A DNA stretch of 64,000 nt from positions 96,001-160,000 of the forward strand of contig JBQTHB010000002.1 in assembly GCA_052390235.1 (NCBI GenBank), written 5' to 3'. The DNA comes from Deltaproteobacteria bacterium (lineage in GTDB: Bacteria > Desulfobacterota_D > UBA1144 > Nemesobacterales > CSP1-2). How positions within the stretch are numbered: the first letter of the stretch is position 1; every line of letters starts with the position of its first letter. The translations under genes were made by a program, and so were the position numbers. The notes beneath the pieces were generated by a model. The model was not told where the DNA came from. It searched no databases and worked only from the letters and a program-made list of their open reading frames with translations. This document shows positions 44,908-55,434 of this stretch, piece after piece.

Positions 44908-46044
44908 CTAGAACCTCTTCTGCTGTGGAAGGGGGATTGATCCGAGCGAGCCGGATTGATTTTTGCCCGTCTGCGCCGCCTCTATTATCACTCGGTCTCC
45001 CTCGCGCAGGTTACCCTCAAGCAACTCGGCGAAGGAGTCGTCGCTCACTCCCGTGAGAACTGAAACCCTCTTAATTTGGGTGTTTGCCGACGGAGCCCAC
45101 ACGCCCGTCCCCGCGCTGGATTCCTCGAATTTCCCCTCAATCAGAGCCGACGGAGGGGGAATGAACCTAAGTGCCGCTCTTGGAAGCCGCAGAGCCTGCT
45201 TTCGCTCGGCAACGAGGATTCGTACCTCGGCCGTCATTCCGGGCTTGAGTTTAAGCTCGCCGTTGTCAACTCGAATCCCTACGTCGTAGGTTACGACGTT
45301 GTTCGTTTTTACAGGCTCGTTTTTGATTGTCTCCACGGTAGCCTCGAAAATTTGATTTGGATACGCGTCAACGCCGAATCTGGCGGGCTGTCCCTCTTGG
45401 ACGCGCCCGATGTCTGCCTCGCTCACATGAGCATCGAGCCTGAGAGTGGACAAATCCCCGGCGACGGTGAACGAGTATTCTGCCGTCTGCCCGATGCTTG
45501 CGTTCTGCGAGATGACCACACCGTCTATAGGGGATCGTAGGGTACTTGCGGAAAGCGCGTCCAGCGAGGCGAGAAGCTCGGCTTTAGCCTGCGCTATTGC
45601 CGCCTCAGCCGCGGAGAGCTTTGCTTTAGAATCGTCGTATTCCTCTCTGGAAATGAGCCTTTTTGCGTAGAGGACTTCGTTTGATTTAAGTACGGATTCG
45701 GCAATCTCCGAGTTTGTGCGGGCTTTTTTGAGGTCTGCTTCCGCCTGCGCCACTTTTGCCCGAAGAGGGGATGAGTCAACGTCGGCGAGAGGGTCTCCTT
45801 TCTTTACAGTTGAGTTAACCTCGGCATAGAGGTTTTTAATTGCGCCGCCCTGGGCGCCTCGTACTACCGCGGTGGATGTGGGGGCGAGCGTGCCGGTGGC
45901 TGTTACATAAGCCGATATATCTCCCCTGTCAATCTCTACGGTCTTGTATATGACGGACACCTCTCTGCCGCCGAAAAACAGGGGATAGGCGAAAATAAGG
46001 GCGGCGAGCGCGAGGGCTATTGCTAAAACTGTTTTCTTGGTCAT
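44908..46044 (-). CDS. MacA-like periplasmic adaptor (membrane fusion protein)
   Basis: ATGTL, VKKGD, SPIDGVV, VSEADIG, LKPGMTA. Confidence 0.9.
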   Translation of the reverse strand: MTKKTVLAIALALAALIFAYPLFFGGREVSVIYKTVEIDRGDISAYVTATGTLAPTSTAVVRGAQGGAIKNLYAEVNSTVKKGDPLADVDSSPLRAKVAQAEADLKKARTNSEIAESVLKSNEVLYAKRLISREEYDDSKAKLSAAEAAIAQAKAELLASLDALSASTLRSPIDGVVISQNASIGQTAEYSFTVAGDLSTLRLDAHVSEADIGRVQEGQPARFGVDAYPNQIFEATVETIKNEPVKTNNVVTYDVGIRVDNGELKLKPGMTAEVRILVAERKQALRLPRAALRFIPPPSALIEGKFEESSAGTGVWAPSANTQIKRVSVLTGVSDDSFAELLEGNLREGDRVIIEAAQTGKNQSGSLGSIPLPQQKRF

Positions 46045-47276
46045 TCTCCCAGTTCCTCTCCAGTTGCTCTCTCGAGCTTTGAGACGGCTATTTTGTAGCT
46101 ATATATTGCCTCGCAGAGGTTTGCCTCGACCTGAGCGGCGAGCGCTTCGGCTTCGGCAAGCTCTAGGTTTGAACCCCTCTGAAGGCGGTATCTCTCTTTA
46201 GCGAGCTTGAGGGTCTCTTCCGCCGAGTATTTGGATAACTCCATCACACCTATAGCCTCCTGCGCAGATTTGAGATTGAGGTAGTGCCGCTTTATCTCGA
46301 GAGCGATTTCTCCTCTTGACGCCTCGATGTCGGCTTCGATTCGCTTTAGTTTCGCGCTCGATTCGCTTACGCCGGCGAGGTGAGAGAGTCCGGTAAAAAG
46401 CGGAAATCTCACGCCTAAGCCCGCTATGAAGTCCGGTCCCGTTGCGCCTTTGCCCTCGAATCTGTAGGCGGCTCTGCCCAGCACTTGAGGGAAGTAGAGA
46501 TTATTTTTCGATGCGAGGAGGTCGGCTTTGAATCCGACTTCCTTAGCCCGCAGGCTCTGCAGTTCCGGGCGAGTGAGAAGGGCGTTGCTGATGGAGTTCT
46601 CGAGATTAATATTGATTTTATTATATTCCAGCGCGTCCACGAGTTCATAGGCGAAGCCCTCGGTCAAACCCATTAGGGTTGCAAGCTCGGCTTTGGCAAT
46701 TTCAAACCCGTTATCCGCGTTTATGACTGCGAGCTTTGAAGCGCCTAAATCCACTTTCGCGCGCGCCAGGTCTATATTTGAGCCCCTGCCGGCTTTAAAA
46801 AAACCCTCGACCCTCGCGAGGCGCGCCTCCTGCTCGGCTACGCTTTTTTGGGCAGCCTGCCGCGCGTGTTTTCGGGAAAGAGTCGTGTAGTAGGCGATTT
46901 TCGTATTCAGCGCGAGGTCTTTTTCAGACGTCGAGCGGTCGAATCTGGTGGATTCGAGGAGCGCCTTGCTCGCTTTAATGAGGCTCGGGGTGCGCCAGAA
47001 ATCCCATATAAGCTGGTCTATAAAAACACCGGATTCCCGCTCGATAAAGGGGATGATGAACCGGAACTCGATTTGCGGATAGAGAACCGACTGCGCTGAA
47101 CGGAGCTTAGCCTGCATAACCTCGACCGAGGCTTCTAACGCTTCAATGCGCGGATTCTTTTGAAGAGCTATACTGACGGCTTCATCAATCGTAAGTGGGG
47201 GCAGCGCCTCTGCGCCAACGACTCTGCCGATAGTAAGAAAAATCAGCATTGCCGTGGTAATTATCAGTTTCATCAT
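46041..47276 (-). CDS. TolC-family outer membrane efflux protein
   Basis: Signal peptide, LTIDEAVSIALQKNP, RPEL, FPLFTG, LERATG. Confidence 0.88.
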   Translation of the reverse strand: MMKLIITTAMLIFLTIGRVVGAEALPPLTIDEAVSIALQKNPRIEALEASVEVMQAKLRSAQSVLYPQIEFRFIIPFIERESGVFIDQLIWDFWRTPSLIKASKALLESTRFDRSTSEKDLALNTKIAYYTTLSRKHARQAAQKSVAEQEARLARVEGFFKAGRGSNIDLARAKVDLGASKLAVINADNGFEIAKAELATLMGLTEGFAYELVDALEYNKININLENSISNALLTRPELQSLRAKEVGFKADLLASKNNLYFPQVLGRAAYRFEGKGATGPDFIAGLGVRFPLFTGLSHLAGVSESSAKLKRIEADIEASRGEIALEIKRHYLNLKSAQEAIGVMELSKYSAEETLKLAKERYRLQRGSNLELAEAEALAAQVEANLCEAIYSYKIAVSKLERATGEELGE

Positions 47277-47588
47277 TCCTGCATCGCCTCCGCTTCGAGC
47301 GACTTATAATATGCCTGAATCCTGCCGCGAATAAAAATTCTATTTATCTCCAACGCACAGAGGCGCAGAGAAGAGAGTCCCAGCCACTGCTTTTGGTCTT
47401 CAGACTACGAACTTGAAAAAGGGGTTTGCCATGCTCAGCGAAAACTCTGCCAGAATTTTGAAGTGGATTCCTCGCAGATTCATCCGGGAAATGCCTAGCG
47501 CTTAAGGCGCTCTTGCGGTTAGCGCTGTCTCTATCTCACATCGTGAAATCTTGCAACTTCCCCTCGGCTTGGATATTCTGAATCGGCG

Positions 47589-49211
47589 ATGGCTAAGGGC
47601 GGCAACAGGGAACTTGGGCTTATCACGGGCGGCTCGCTCGTAGAGGGGCTACGCATGAAGCTCGCCTCGGATAGGAGCATTGAAGAGGTCAAGGCTGGGA
47701 AATTTGTCGTCGTCTCTGGGATGATGCATAAATTCTTCTCGCTCATCACCGATGTGAGGCTCGACGCCTCTTCCCCGAATATTTTGATTAATCCCCCCTC
47801 GGCTAAGGATGAGGTGCTGAGACAGGTTCTCTCCGGCACAAGCGCTTACGCTACGGTTGAGCTCAAACCCATGCTGATGCTCACGCAGAAGGACAACGAG
47901 CCGAAGCCGGTAAAAACCATCCCGCCGCATTTTTCCTTTGTTTCCGAAGCCACCGAGGACGACGTCAATACCGTTTTCGGGCGCGAGGACGACGCAGGCG
48001 GGTTTTTTAACATCGGCTCTCCACTGGATATGGACACTCCCGTGTGTCTCAGCCTCGATAGGTTCGTCGAGCGGAGCAACGGGATATTCGGTAAAAGCGG
48101 CACGGGAAAGACATTTCTCACGAGGGTAATGCTCGCCGGCATAATTAAATACAGCAAAGCCGTAAATCTCATTTTTGATATGCACAACGAATACGGCTGG
48201 GATTCAAAGCGAGAAGGAGGCGGCTTTGTAAAGGGATTAAAGCAGCTCTTCCCGGAGAGGGTTTCGATATTCTCCCTAGACCCCAAGTCAACCGCCCGCC
48301 GGGGGGCGAAGTGCGACGTAGAGGTTTATATATCGCTTGACCAGATTGATATAGAGGATATTGCGCTTCTTCAGGACGAGCTTCAGCTTCACGCAACGGC
48401 TATGGAGTCGGCTTACGCCATTTATAGACAGCACGGCGAGAGGTGGCTTACGGAGCTTCTGTCATGGAATCAGGACGATATGCCGGAAATCGCCAAGGGA
48501 TTGGGGGCGCATCAGTCCTCGCTTGCCGCGCTCTACAGGAAACTCGTCATGCTCAGGAAACTCCCCTTTATCGTGGACGACCGCACAAAGGGCGAAGGGG
48601 CGATAAAGAAAATTATAGATTACCTTGGACACGGGATAAACGTCGTGCTTGAATTCGGCAAAAGCAACAACGCCCTCGCCTATCTGCTCGTGGCAAATAT
48701 CGTCTCGCGCAGGATTCACGACTACTACATCGACCGAACCGAGAACTACTACGCCACGCGAGATCCCGCTGACCAGCCCAAGCAACTTATGATAACCATC
48801 GAGGAAGCGCACAAATTTCTAAACCCCCAGACGGCGAAGCAGACCATTTTCGGCACCATCGCGCGCGAGCTTCGTAAATACTCCGTTACCATGATGATAG
48901 TTGACCAGAGACCCTCGGGCATTGACGACGAGGTCATATCCCAAGTGGGGACGAGAATCACTGCCCTTCTCAACGACGAGAGAGATATTCAATCCGTCCT
49001 AACCGGCGTGAGCAACACATCGGGTCTTAGAGCCGTTCTCGCAAGCCTCGACACCAAACAGCAAGCCCTCATCCTCGGACACGCCGTCCCCATGCCGGTG
49101 GTGATAAAGACCAGAGATTATGACCAGAGGTTTTATCGGGAAATCTCGGCGGCTTTGGGCGGCGAGGGGACGGTTCGAAATAGTATCCGAGACATTTACG
49201 GGGAAGACTAA
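47589..49211 (+). CDS. HerA-like (DUF87) ATPase
   Basis: N-terminal barrel region, Walker A GKSGTGKT, FDMHNEYG, IEEAH, ARELRKY, DQRPS. Confidence 0.82.
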   Translation: MAKGGNRELGLITGGSLVEGLRMKLASDRSIEEVKAGKFVVVSGMMHKFFSLITDVRLDASSPNILINPPSAKDEVLRQVLSGTSAYATVELKPMLMLTQKDNEPKPVKTIPPHFSFVSEATEDDVNTVFGREDDAGGFFNIGSPLDMDTPVCLSLDRFVERSNGIFGKSGTGKTFLTRVMLAGIIKYSKAVNLIFDMHNEYGWDSKREGGGFVKGLKQLFPERVSIFSLDPKSTARRGAKCDVEVYISLDQIDIEDIALLQDELQLHATAMESAYAIYRQHGERWLTELLSWNQDDMPEIAKGLGAHQSSLAALYRKLVMLRKLPFIVDDRTKGEGAIKKIIDYLGHGINVVLEFGKSNNALAYLLVANIVSRRIHDYYIDRTENYYATRDPADQPKQLMITIEEAHKFLNPQTAKQTIFGTIARELRKYSVTMMIVDQRPSGIDDEVISQVGTRITALLNDERDIQSVLTGVSNTSGLRAVLASLDTKQQALILGHAVPMPVVIKTRDYDQRFYREISAALGGEGTVRNSIRDIYGED

Positions 49212-49344
49212 ATGTAGTTGTAGAATTATCTATGAAATTCCCCTTTATCCGGCGCTCTCGCTAAAGCGAAAAAACCCTGAGAGCGTTGTTGGCGCACACT
49301 CCCAGGGTCTCTCCATAATTGCGTAGAATTTATCGCGCTCTGCT

Positions 49345-50346
49345 CTATCGGTTTAGATTCACCACGACTCTGCCCCTCTGTTTGCCCTGAACGATGAGGT
49401 CAATCTCAGCGCTTAGCTCGTCGAGCGACACCTCTTTGGCTATTTTCTCAAGCGAGTCAATCTTCCAGATTGCCGCTATTCTCTCCCACGTCGCGGATTT
49501 CTCGGCTACCGGGCGGTTGGCGGAATCCACGCCCACAAGGGTTACCCCGCGCAGGATGAACGGATATACATTTAGATTTAAATCCCCCGATGCCGCATTG
49601 CCGCAGCACGAGACCGTGCCGTCGTACTTGGTCGCTTTAACCGCCGTGGCGAGGATATCCCCCCCGACGGTATCCACCACTCCAGCCCAGCGCCCTCTTA
49701 AAAGGGGTCTGCCGGAGGAGTCCTTCGCCTCTTCCCTGCCGATAATCTCTCTGGCTCCCAGCTCGGTTAGCCATTGCTTCTCCTCGGGCTTTCCCGTTAC
49801 AGCGGCGACGGCGAATCCCAATTTCGCGAGAATCCCGATGGCGATACTCCCAACCCCTCCGGTTGCGCCGGTAACGAGAACCTCGCCTTGCTCCGGCTTT
49901 ACGCCGTTTTTGAGGAGTTTTTCGACGCACAGGGCGGCGGTAAGCCCGGCAGTTCCGTAAATCATACTCTCTCTGAGCGATAAATTTTCGGGGAGCCTCG
50001 CCGCCCATTCAGACGGCACTTTGATGAATTGCCCAAACCCTCCTGATACGCTAGAGCCGAGTTCAAAGCCGGTTACGATGACCCTATCGCCCGGAGTGAA
50101 TTTGCCGCTCGCGCATTCTTCGACTACCCCTGCGGCGTCAATTCCCGGGGTGTGGGGATAGGTTTTTGTAACCCCTCGGTTGCCGGACGCCGAGAGCCCG
50201 TCTTTGTAGTTCAGAGACGAGTAATGCACCCTGATGAGAGCGTCTCCTTTGGGAAGTTCTCCGGTGGATTTCTCTTTAACGGTTCTCGTAAATTTCTCTT
50301 TTTCAACCTCTTCGACGACCATAGCTCTGAAATTAATATTGCCCAT
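49345..50346 (-). CDS. YhdH/YhfP-family oxidoreductase (acryloyl-CoA reductase-like)
   Basis: SSLNYKD, PGIDAAG, GTAGLTA, TGATGGVGS, PFILRGV. Confidence 0.9.
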   Translation of the reverse strand: MGNINFRAMVVEEVEKEKFTRTVKEKSTGELPKGDALIRVHYSSLNYKDGLSASGNRGVTKTYPHTPGIDAAGVVEECASGKFTPGDRVIVTGFELGSSVSGGFGQFIKVPSEWAARLPENLSLRESMIYGTAGLTAALCVEKLLKNGVKPEQGEVLVTGATGGVGSIAIGILAKLGFAVAAVTGKPEEKQWLTELGAREIIGREEAKDSSGRPLLRGRWAGVVDTVGGDILATAVKATKYDGTVSCCGNAASGDLNLNVYPFILRGVTLVGVDSANRPVAEKSATWERIAAIWKIDSLEKIAKEVSLDELSAEIDLIVQGKQRGRVVVNLNR

Positions 50347-50449
50347 TGGTTCTCCTTTTGGTGTTTTATAAAACTCTCATAAGCGGATGATTTTATATTT
50401 AAAGCGGTTTTCAAGGCTTAGGTTTTTATTGCGTTTATCCCCTAGCGGT

Positions 50450-51832
50450 TTACCACGCGGCGACCTCTTTCTTGCTTTCCTCAATCATTTTCAACACGCA
50501 TTCGCCCGCCGTGCCGCCATAAGATTTCCTGCTCGAAATCGAGCCGTCAACAGTGATGAAGTTAAATACGTCCTCTTCGAGAAGCTCGGAGAACCTGCGA
50601 AGCTCGGATAAATTAAGCTCAGCCAGTTCTCTTCGCCCCCCCTCGGCGTACCGGACGATTTTCCCCGCAACCTCGTGGGCTTCTCTAAAGGGCATCCCCT
50701 TTCGCGCGAGGTAGTCGGCAACGTCGGTGGCGGTGATAAACCCTCCCGATAGGGCTTTGCTCATGCCGTCGGGCTTGAAGGTTATGTGTTTCATCATCTC
50801 GACGAGGACTTCGAGGGATGATTTCACGATGTCTGCCGTGGAGAACATCGGCTCTTTGTCGTCCTGCATATCGCGGTTATAGGATAACGGCAGTCCCTTC
50901 ATAAGCGTGAGGATTGATATGAGATTGCCATAGACCTTGGCGCATTTGCCCCGCAGAAGCTCGGCTATGTCCGGGTTTCTTTTCTGCGGCATGATGCTTG
51001 AGCCGGTTGTAAATTCATCGCCGAGGTCAACGAAATCGAACTCTCTGGTTGACCAAAGCACGAGTTCTTCGGCGAGGCGGCTTATGTGGCTCATTAAAAT
51101 GGATGAAACCGAGATGAACTCGATAATGAAATCCCTATCGCTTACGGTGTCAATACTGTTTTTCGTAACTTCGGGGAATCCGAGGGCGCGCGCGACGTAG
51201 CCCCTATCAATGGGAAATGAGGTTCCAGCCCCTGCGCCTGCGCCGAGCGGCATGACGTTAATCCGCCGTAGGCAGTCGGTAAAGCGCTCTCTGTCGCGCC
51301 GGAGCATCTCAAAATAGGCAAGCAGGTGGTGGGCGAGAATTACGGGCTGTCCCCTCTGAATGTGCGTATAGAGCGGGAGCGCTACATCACTGTGCCTTTC
51401 AGCGAGGCTGACGAATTCGGCGGCGAGGGATTTTATCATCGCCAGAATTGCGGTGGACTGGCGTCTTAGGTACAGGCGCTCATCGAGGGCGATTTGGTCG
51501 TTGCGGCTACGGGCGGTGTGGAGTTTCCCGCCGATGTCGCCTATTTTTTCGATGAGCCGTTTTTCGATGTTCAGGTGTATGTCCTCGAACTGTTCTCTGA
51601 ATGGGAAGGAGCCGCTTTCGATTTCTTTCTCGATACTTTTGAGTCCCTTCACTATGGCGGTGGCTTCTTTTTTGGGAATAATTTTGGTCTCGCCGAGCAT
51701 TCTGGCATGGGCGATGCTCCCTTCGATGTCTTCTAAGTAGAGCCTCTTATCGAAGTCTATGGAAGCCGAGAATTTCTCAGCCGTTTTATGGGGTTTTTTG
51801 GCGAACCGCCCCCCCCATGGTTTCTTGAACAA
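50450..51832 (-). CDS. argH: Argininosuccinate lyase
   Basis: WGGRF, LHTARSRNDQ, TGSSIMPQKRNPD; TTG start with GGAGG. Confidence 0.96.
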   Translation of the reverse strand: MFKKPWGGRFAKKPHKTAEKFSASIDFDKRLYLEDIEGSIAHARMLGETKIIPKKEATAIVKGLKSIEKEIESGSFPFREQFEDIHLNIEKRLIEKIGDIGGKLHTARSRNDQIALDERLYLRRQSTAILAMIKSLAAEFVSLAERHSDVALPLYTHIQRGQPVILAHHLLAYFEMLRRDRERFTDCLRRINVMPLGAGAGAGTSFPIDRGYVARALGFPEVTKNSIDTVSDRDFIIEFISVSSILMSHISRLAEELVLWSTREFDFVDLGDEFTTGSSIMPQKRNPDIAELLRGKCAKVYGNLISILTLMKGLPLSYNRDMQDDKEPMFSTADIVKSSLEVLVEMMKHITFKPDGMSKALSGGFITATDVADYLARKGMPFREAHEVAGKIVRYAEGGRRELAELNLSELRRFSELLEEDVFNFITVDGSISSRKSYGGTAGECVLKMIEESKKEVAAW

Positions 51833-52033
51833 TGTTGGTATCCTCCAGAAATAGTCATTAATATTACCACTTTTTACACCGATTTTTATAACTCTGCCCC
51901 TCGTGATTTTTCGTTAATACCGCCCCTATCCCGAAGGGCGCCGCCGCAAGCGGGCGCTCTTAAAGCGGGCTGAAACTTTATTTCAATCAGGCGGTTTATA
52001 GATGTGAAGTCAAATTTAAGGAGGCGCATTGCA

Positions 52034-52744
52034 ATGAAAAATATAATTAAAAACGCGGCGTTAGCATTAATTCTCACGGCTGGCATCTCATCGGCAGCTG
52101 CCTTTGCCCAGTCCGCAGGCGATACAAAGGGGATTTATCAATATCCCTATAACGGCGGCTACGGGGTGGATAATCTCGTTTCAGGCGTAATATCCACTGC
52201 CCTAGGCATTGCCGGAGCCGCAATAGGCGCAACGGATAAAGGATTTAACCAGTACCCCTACGACTATAACTACCCAAACAACGGCGGCTACAACGACAAC
52301 TATTATGGGGATGATGACCGCAACGATTACCGTCGCGACCAGAGACAGCTCGCAAGAGCGGCGGCGGAGTTATTCGACGAGGCAAACCAGTTCTGGAAAC
52401 GCACGGACGAGGTCAGGGGCTATAACTTCATCTCCCAAGACGCGCGCCAATTTGCCCGCGACATAAGGGATTTTCGTCAGAGAGCCGAGCGCGGAACGAA
52501 TAGTAACTCTCTGGCTAGGGATTTTAGACAGCTTACAAACGAGTTCAGAATACTGAGGAATAATTTCTACTCGACTCACAGCAGATTCGGCGGGCGTAAC
52601 GTCCTCAGAGACTGGAGGGACGTTGAATCAGCTTGGGGACAGTTTAACTACACCTTCGCCGGAAATTATAATAATAACGGCAACTACTACGGAGGACGCC
52701 CCGGCTACGGTTTCGGATATAACGGAAAGGTCTATAATAAGTAA
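52034..52744 (+). CDS. Secreted Asn/Tyr/Gly-rich hypothetical protein
   Basis: SD AAGGAGG, signal peptide ending AFA, YPY-containing low-complexity blocks flanking an amphipathic helical region. Confidence 0.75.
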   Translation: MKNIIKNAALALILTAGISSAAAFAQSAGDTKGIYQYPYNGGYGVDNLVSGVISTALGIAGAAIGATDKGFNQYPYDYNYPNNGGYNDNYYGDDDRNDYRRDQRQLARAAAELFDEANQFWKRTDEVRGYNFISQDARQFARDIRDFRQRAERGTNSNSLARDFRQLTNEFRILRNNFYSTHSRFGGRNVLRDWRDVESAWGQFNYTFAGNYNNNGNYYGGRPGYGFGYNGKVYNK

Positions 52745-52798
52745 TTTAACGCTGATTACGAAGGGGGGATACTCTCTTTGCCTCCGCCGGATTTGAGG

Positions 52799-52874
<76 letters not shown>

Positions 52875-53010
52875 CACGCCGTGATATTATTGGCTCTGAT
52901 TCCTTTGTTGTCAAATTTTAAAACTTTATATAAAATACCGCTTCGTCGTCTAAATCGGGGGCGGCGCATTTAGGTCATCGGCGCGGCTAAAGCGAGGAGA
53001 TTTTCCAATT

Positions 53011-54309
53011 ATGAGCGCAATAAATTTCGGTCTTATCGGAGCTGGAACGGTCGGATGCGGCGTGGTGCGAATTATTCAAGACAGCGCGGGGGTTATTGAA
53101 AACCGCACTGGGGTCGGGCTTAGGATAAAGAAAATCGCTGACATTGACCCTGACAGGATAAGACCCGTGGACATCCCGAAGTCGCTTTTTACCAAAGACG
53201 CCTACGAGATAATCAACGATCCGTCTATAGATATTATCGTGGAGCTTATAGGCGGCACGACTATCGCAAGAGAGTTCATACTTGCCGCAATAAAACAGGG
53301 CAAACACGTAGTTACGGCAAATAAAGCCCTGCTTGCCCACGCCGGCGCGGAGATTTTTCAAGCCGCCGCTGAAAACGGGGTTGACGTCGGATTTGAGGCG
53401 AGCGTCGGCGGCGGTATTCCGATCATCAGAGCGATTCAGGAGGGGTACGTCGCTAACCGAATCACCTCGATTCGGGGGATTATTAACGGCACATCGAATT
53501 ATATTCTCTCGAAAATGACCGAAGAGGGCGGGAATTTTGCCGATGTGCTTGTTCAGGCTCAAGCCGTGGGATACGCCGAGGCAGACCCATCTTTCGATAT
53601 AGACGGGATTGACGCCGCTCATAAACTCTCGATACTCATGATGCTGTCGTTCGGCGCGTTTTTTAATTTCAGCGACATCCGAGTCGAAGGAATACGCCAC
53701 ATCACGCCGCTTGATATTGCCTTTGCCGACGAATTTGGCTATAGGATAAAACTCCTCGCAGTAGCCAAGGCGCGTGGAGGGGGCATAGAAGCCGCGGTTC
53801 GTCCGACGCTGATTCAAAAGGGCAACCCCCTTGCCGATGTTTCAGGGGCTTTTAACGCCATTCATATCGGAGGCGACGCCGTCGGCCCAACGATGCTCTA
53901 CGGAATGGGCGCGGGGATGATGCCTACGGCAAGCGCCGTGCTGAGCGACGTTGTGCATATTGCGAAAAACGCCGCGCTTAAGAACGTCCACTCCTCTGTT
54001 CCTAGGCTCTATAGCGCGGGTAGCCCGCTCCCGCTAATTCCTATGAGCGAGATAACCGGCAAATATTACCTCCGCTTCCAGCTCGAAGACCGCCCCGGAG
54101 TGCTTGGGCAGGTTGCCGGTACGCTCGGCAGAAACAACATAAGCATCGAATCTGTGATGCAAAAAACCAGACATGAGAACGGCGGCGACGTCCCTGTGGT
54201 GATAATGACCCACGAGGCTAGGGAAGTGGATATATCCAACGCGCTCAGAGAGATTGAATACGCAAACAGGGGCGGAAAAACCCTCCTGCTTAGGATTGAG
54301 GAGTTGTAG
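53011..54309 (+). CDS. hom: Homoserine dehydrogenase with ACT domain
   Basis: GAGTVG, VTANK, FEASVGGGIP, GIINGTSNY, GYAEADP, DRPGVL. Confidence 0.95.
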   Translation: MSAINFGLIGAGTVGCGVVRIIQDSAGVIENRTGVGLRIKKIADIDPDRIRPVDIPKSLFTKDAYEIINDPSIDIIVELIGGTTIAREFILAAIKQGKHVVTANKALLAHAGAEIFQAAAENGVDVGFEASVGGGIPIIRAIQEGYVANRITSIRGIINGTSNYILSKMTEEGGNFADVLVQAQAVGYAEADPSFDIDGIDAAHKLSILMMLSFGAFFNFSDIRVEGIRHITPLDIAFADEFGYRIKLLAVAKARGGGIEAAVRPTLIQKGNPLADVSGAFNAIHIGGDAVGPTMLYGMGAGMMPTASAVLSDVVHIAKNAALKNVHSSVPRLYSAGSPLPLIPMSEITGKYYLRFQLEDRPGVLGQVAGTLGRNNISIESVMQKTRHENGGDVPVVIMTHEAREVDISNALREIEYANRGGKTLLLRIEEL

Positions 54310-54324
54310 AGATTTGCGGGTTAA

Positions 54325-55434
54325 TCAGCTCCCATAGGTGAAGAGCTTGACAAATTCGTCGAGCGGCGGAATTGGGGCTTGGGCGACTTTCATGTTCTCT
54401 TCCACGTGCGATATTCTACTCATGCCCACGAGAGCCGAGGCGATGCCCGGGGTGGAGCGCGTGAACTGAATAGCCCTTTGAGCGTCGGTTTTTAGTCCCT
54501 TGAGGTACTCTCCGATAAATTTAGGAAGCTCCTTGGCGAGGCGGCTTTGGAGGATTGACGAGCTTGCTACGACGGAAATCTCGAATTTTGCGGCGGCTTC
54601 AATGGCGCTGACCGCTTCTCTGTTAATCATCTGATTCTTTATCACTAGGGCTTCGGGCATCGCCAGATTGAGCGGAAGTTGAATGACCTTGAAGTGGTGA
54701 TTCGCCCCTCCCGCCTCTCTTGCCGCTTGGGTGATTTCTTCTAGCGAAAGCCCGTCGTTTGCCAGAAGACCCTGGCGGTAGCCGCTCCAAGTGGCTGTGC
54801 CGTACATCTTAATCTTTCCCTCGGATACTTTTCTCTCGAGCATCTCGAACGCCGCCCGGATACGTTTTAGAAATTCCTCTCTCGATACGCCTTGAAATTG
54901 CTCTTCGGGGTTATGAATGTAGTAAATGTCAACGCCGTCCAGTCCGAGATTGGCCAGGCTCTGCTCAAGTTGATTTTCCAGATATTTAGGAGCGATGCAG
55001 TGGCTGCGCGAGACGAGCTCGTCTGGGGTTATAATCTGCGGCTCAAAGAAGTTTTCGCTCAAATACGAGTTCATATCTCTGGGAGGCGCGCCGTCAAATG
55101 GGATGTAGCCGCCCTTTGTGGCTATTATGAGCTGGTCGCGGCTTGCGATTCCTTCTGTGATAATGTGTTTGATGGCGCGTCCCACGGCGCGCTCGCTTCG
55201 TTGAAACCTGTAGTTTACGGCGGTGTCAATGTGGTTGCATCCAAGCTCGACGGCGCGGATGAGGGAGTTTTCATACCGCGTGTCGGTTAGGTCGTCGTTC
55301 TTTCCGAGATAAGTGCCAAATCCGATGGATGATGTCCAAAGCCCGTCGAGTTCCCGGAAATGTCCCTCTGAGACGGAGCTTTGGAATCTATCGCGGTAGA
55401 GTCCCGTTCCCTGGAATGTCGCAGTATTCGCCAT
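54325..55434 (-). CDS. Aldo/keto reductase
   Basis: IGFGTYLG, IDTAVNY, ATKGG, YYIHNPE, QLPLNL. Confidence 0.88.
   Translation of the reverse strand: MANTATFQGTGLYRDRFQSSVSEGHFRELDGLWTSSIGFGTYLGKNDDLTDTRYENSLIRAVELGCNHIDTAVNYRFQRSERAVGRAIKHIITEGIASRDQLIIATKGGYIPFDGAPPRDMNSYLSENFFEPQIITPDELVSRSHCIAPKYLENQLEQSLANLGLDGVDIYYIHNPEEQFQGVSREEFLKRIRAAFEMLERKVSEGKIKMYGTATWSGYRQGLLANDGLSLEEITQAAREAGGANHHFKVIQLPLNLAMPEALVIKNQMINREAVSAIEAAAKFEISVVASSSILQSRLAKELPKFIGEYLKGLKTDAQRAIQFTRSTPGIASALVGMSRISHVEENMKVAQAPIPPLDEFVKLFTYGS

Noticed and set aside
47351..47521. Degenerate CGCAGAG-type repeat remnant between tolC and herA
   Set aside because: Only one short imperfect unit and weak complements; not enough to support a call.
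52987..53817. Long antisense ORFs (opposite hom; also opposite fsa, sbcC, purQ and the antiporter)
   Set aside because: They overlap well-supported genes and show no protein motifs; expected in GC-rich coding DNA.
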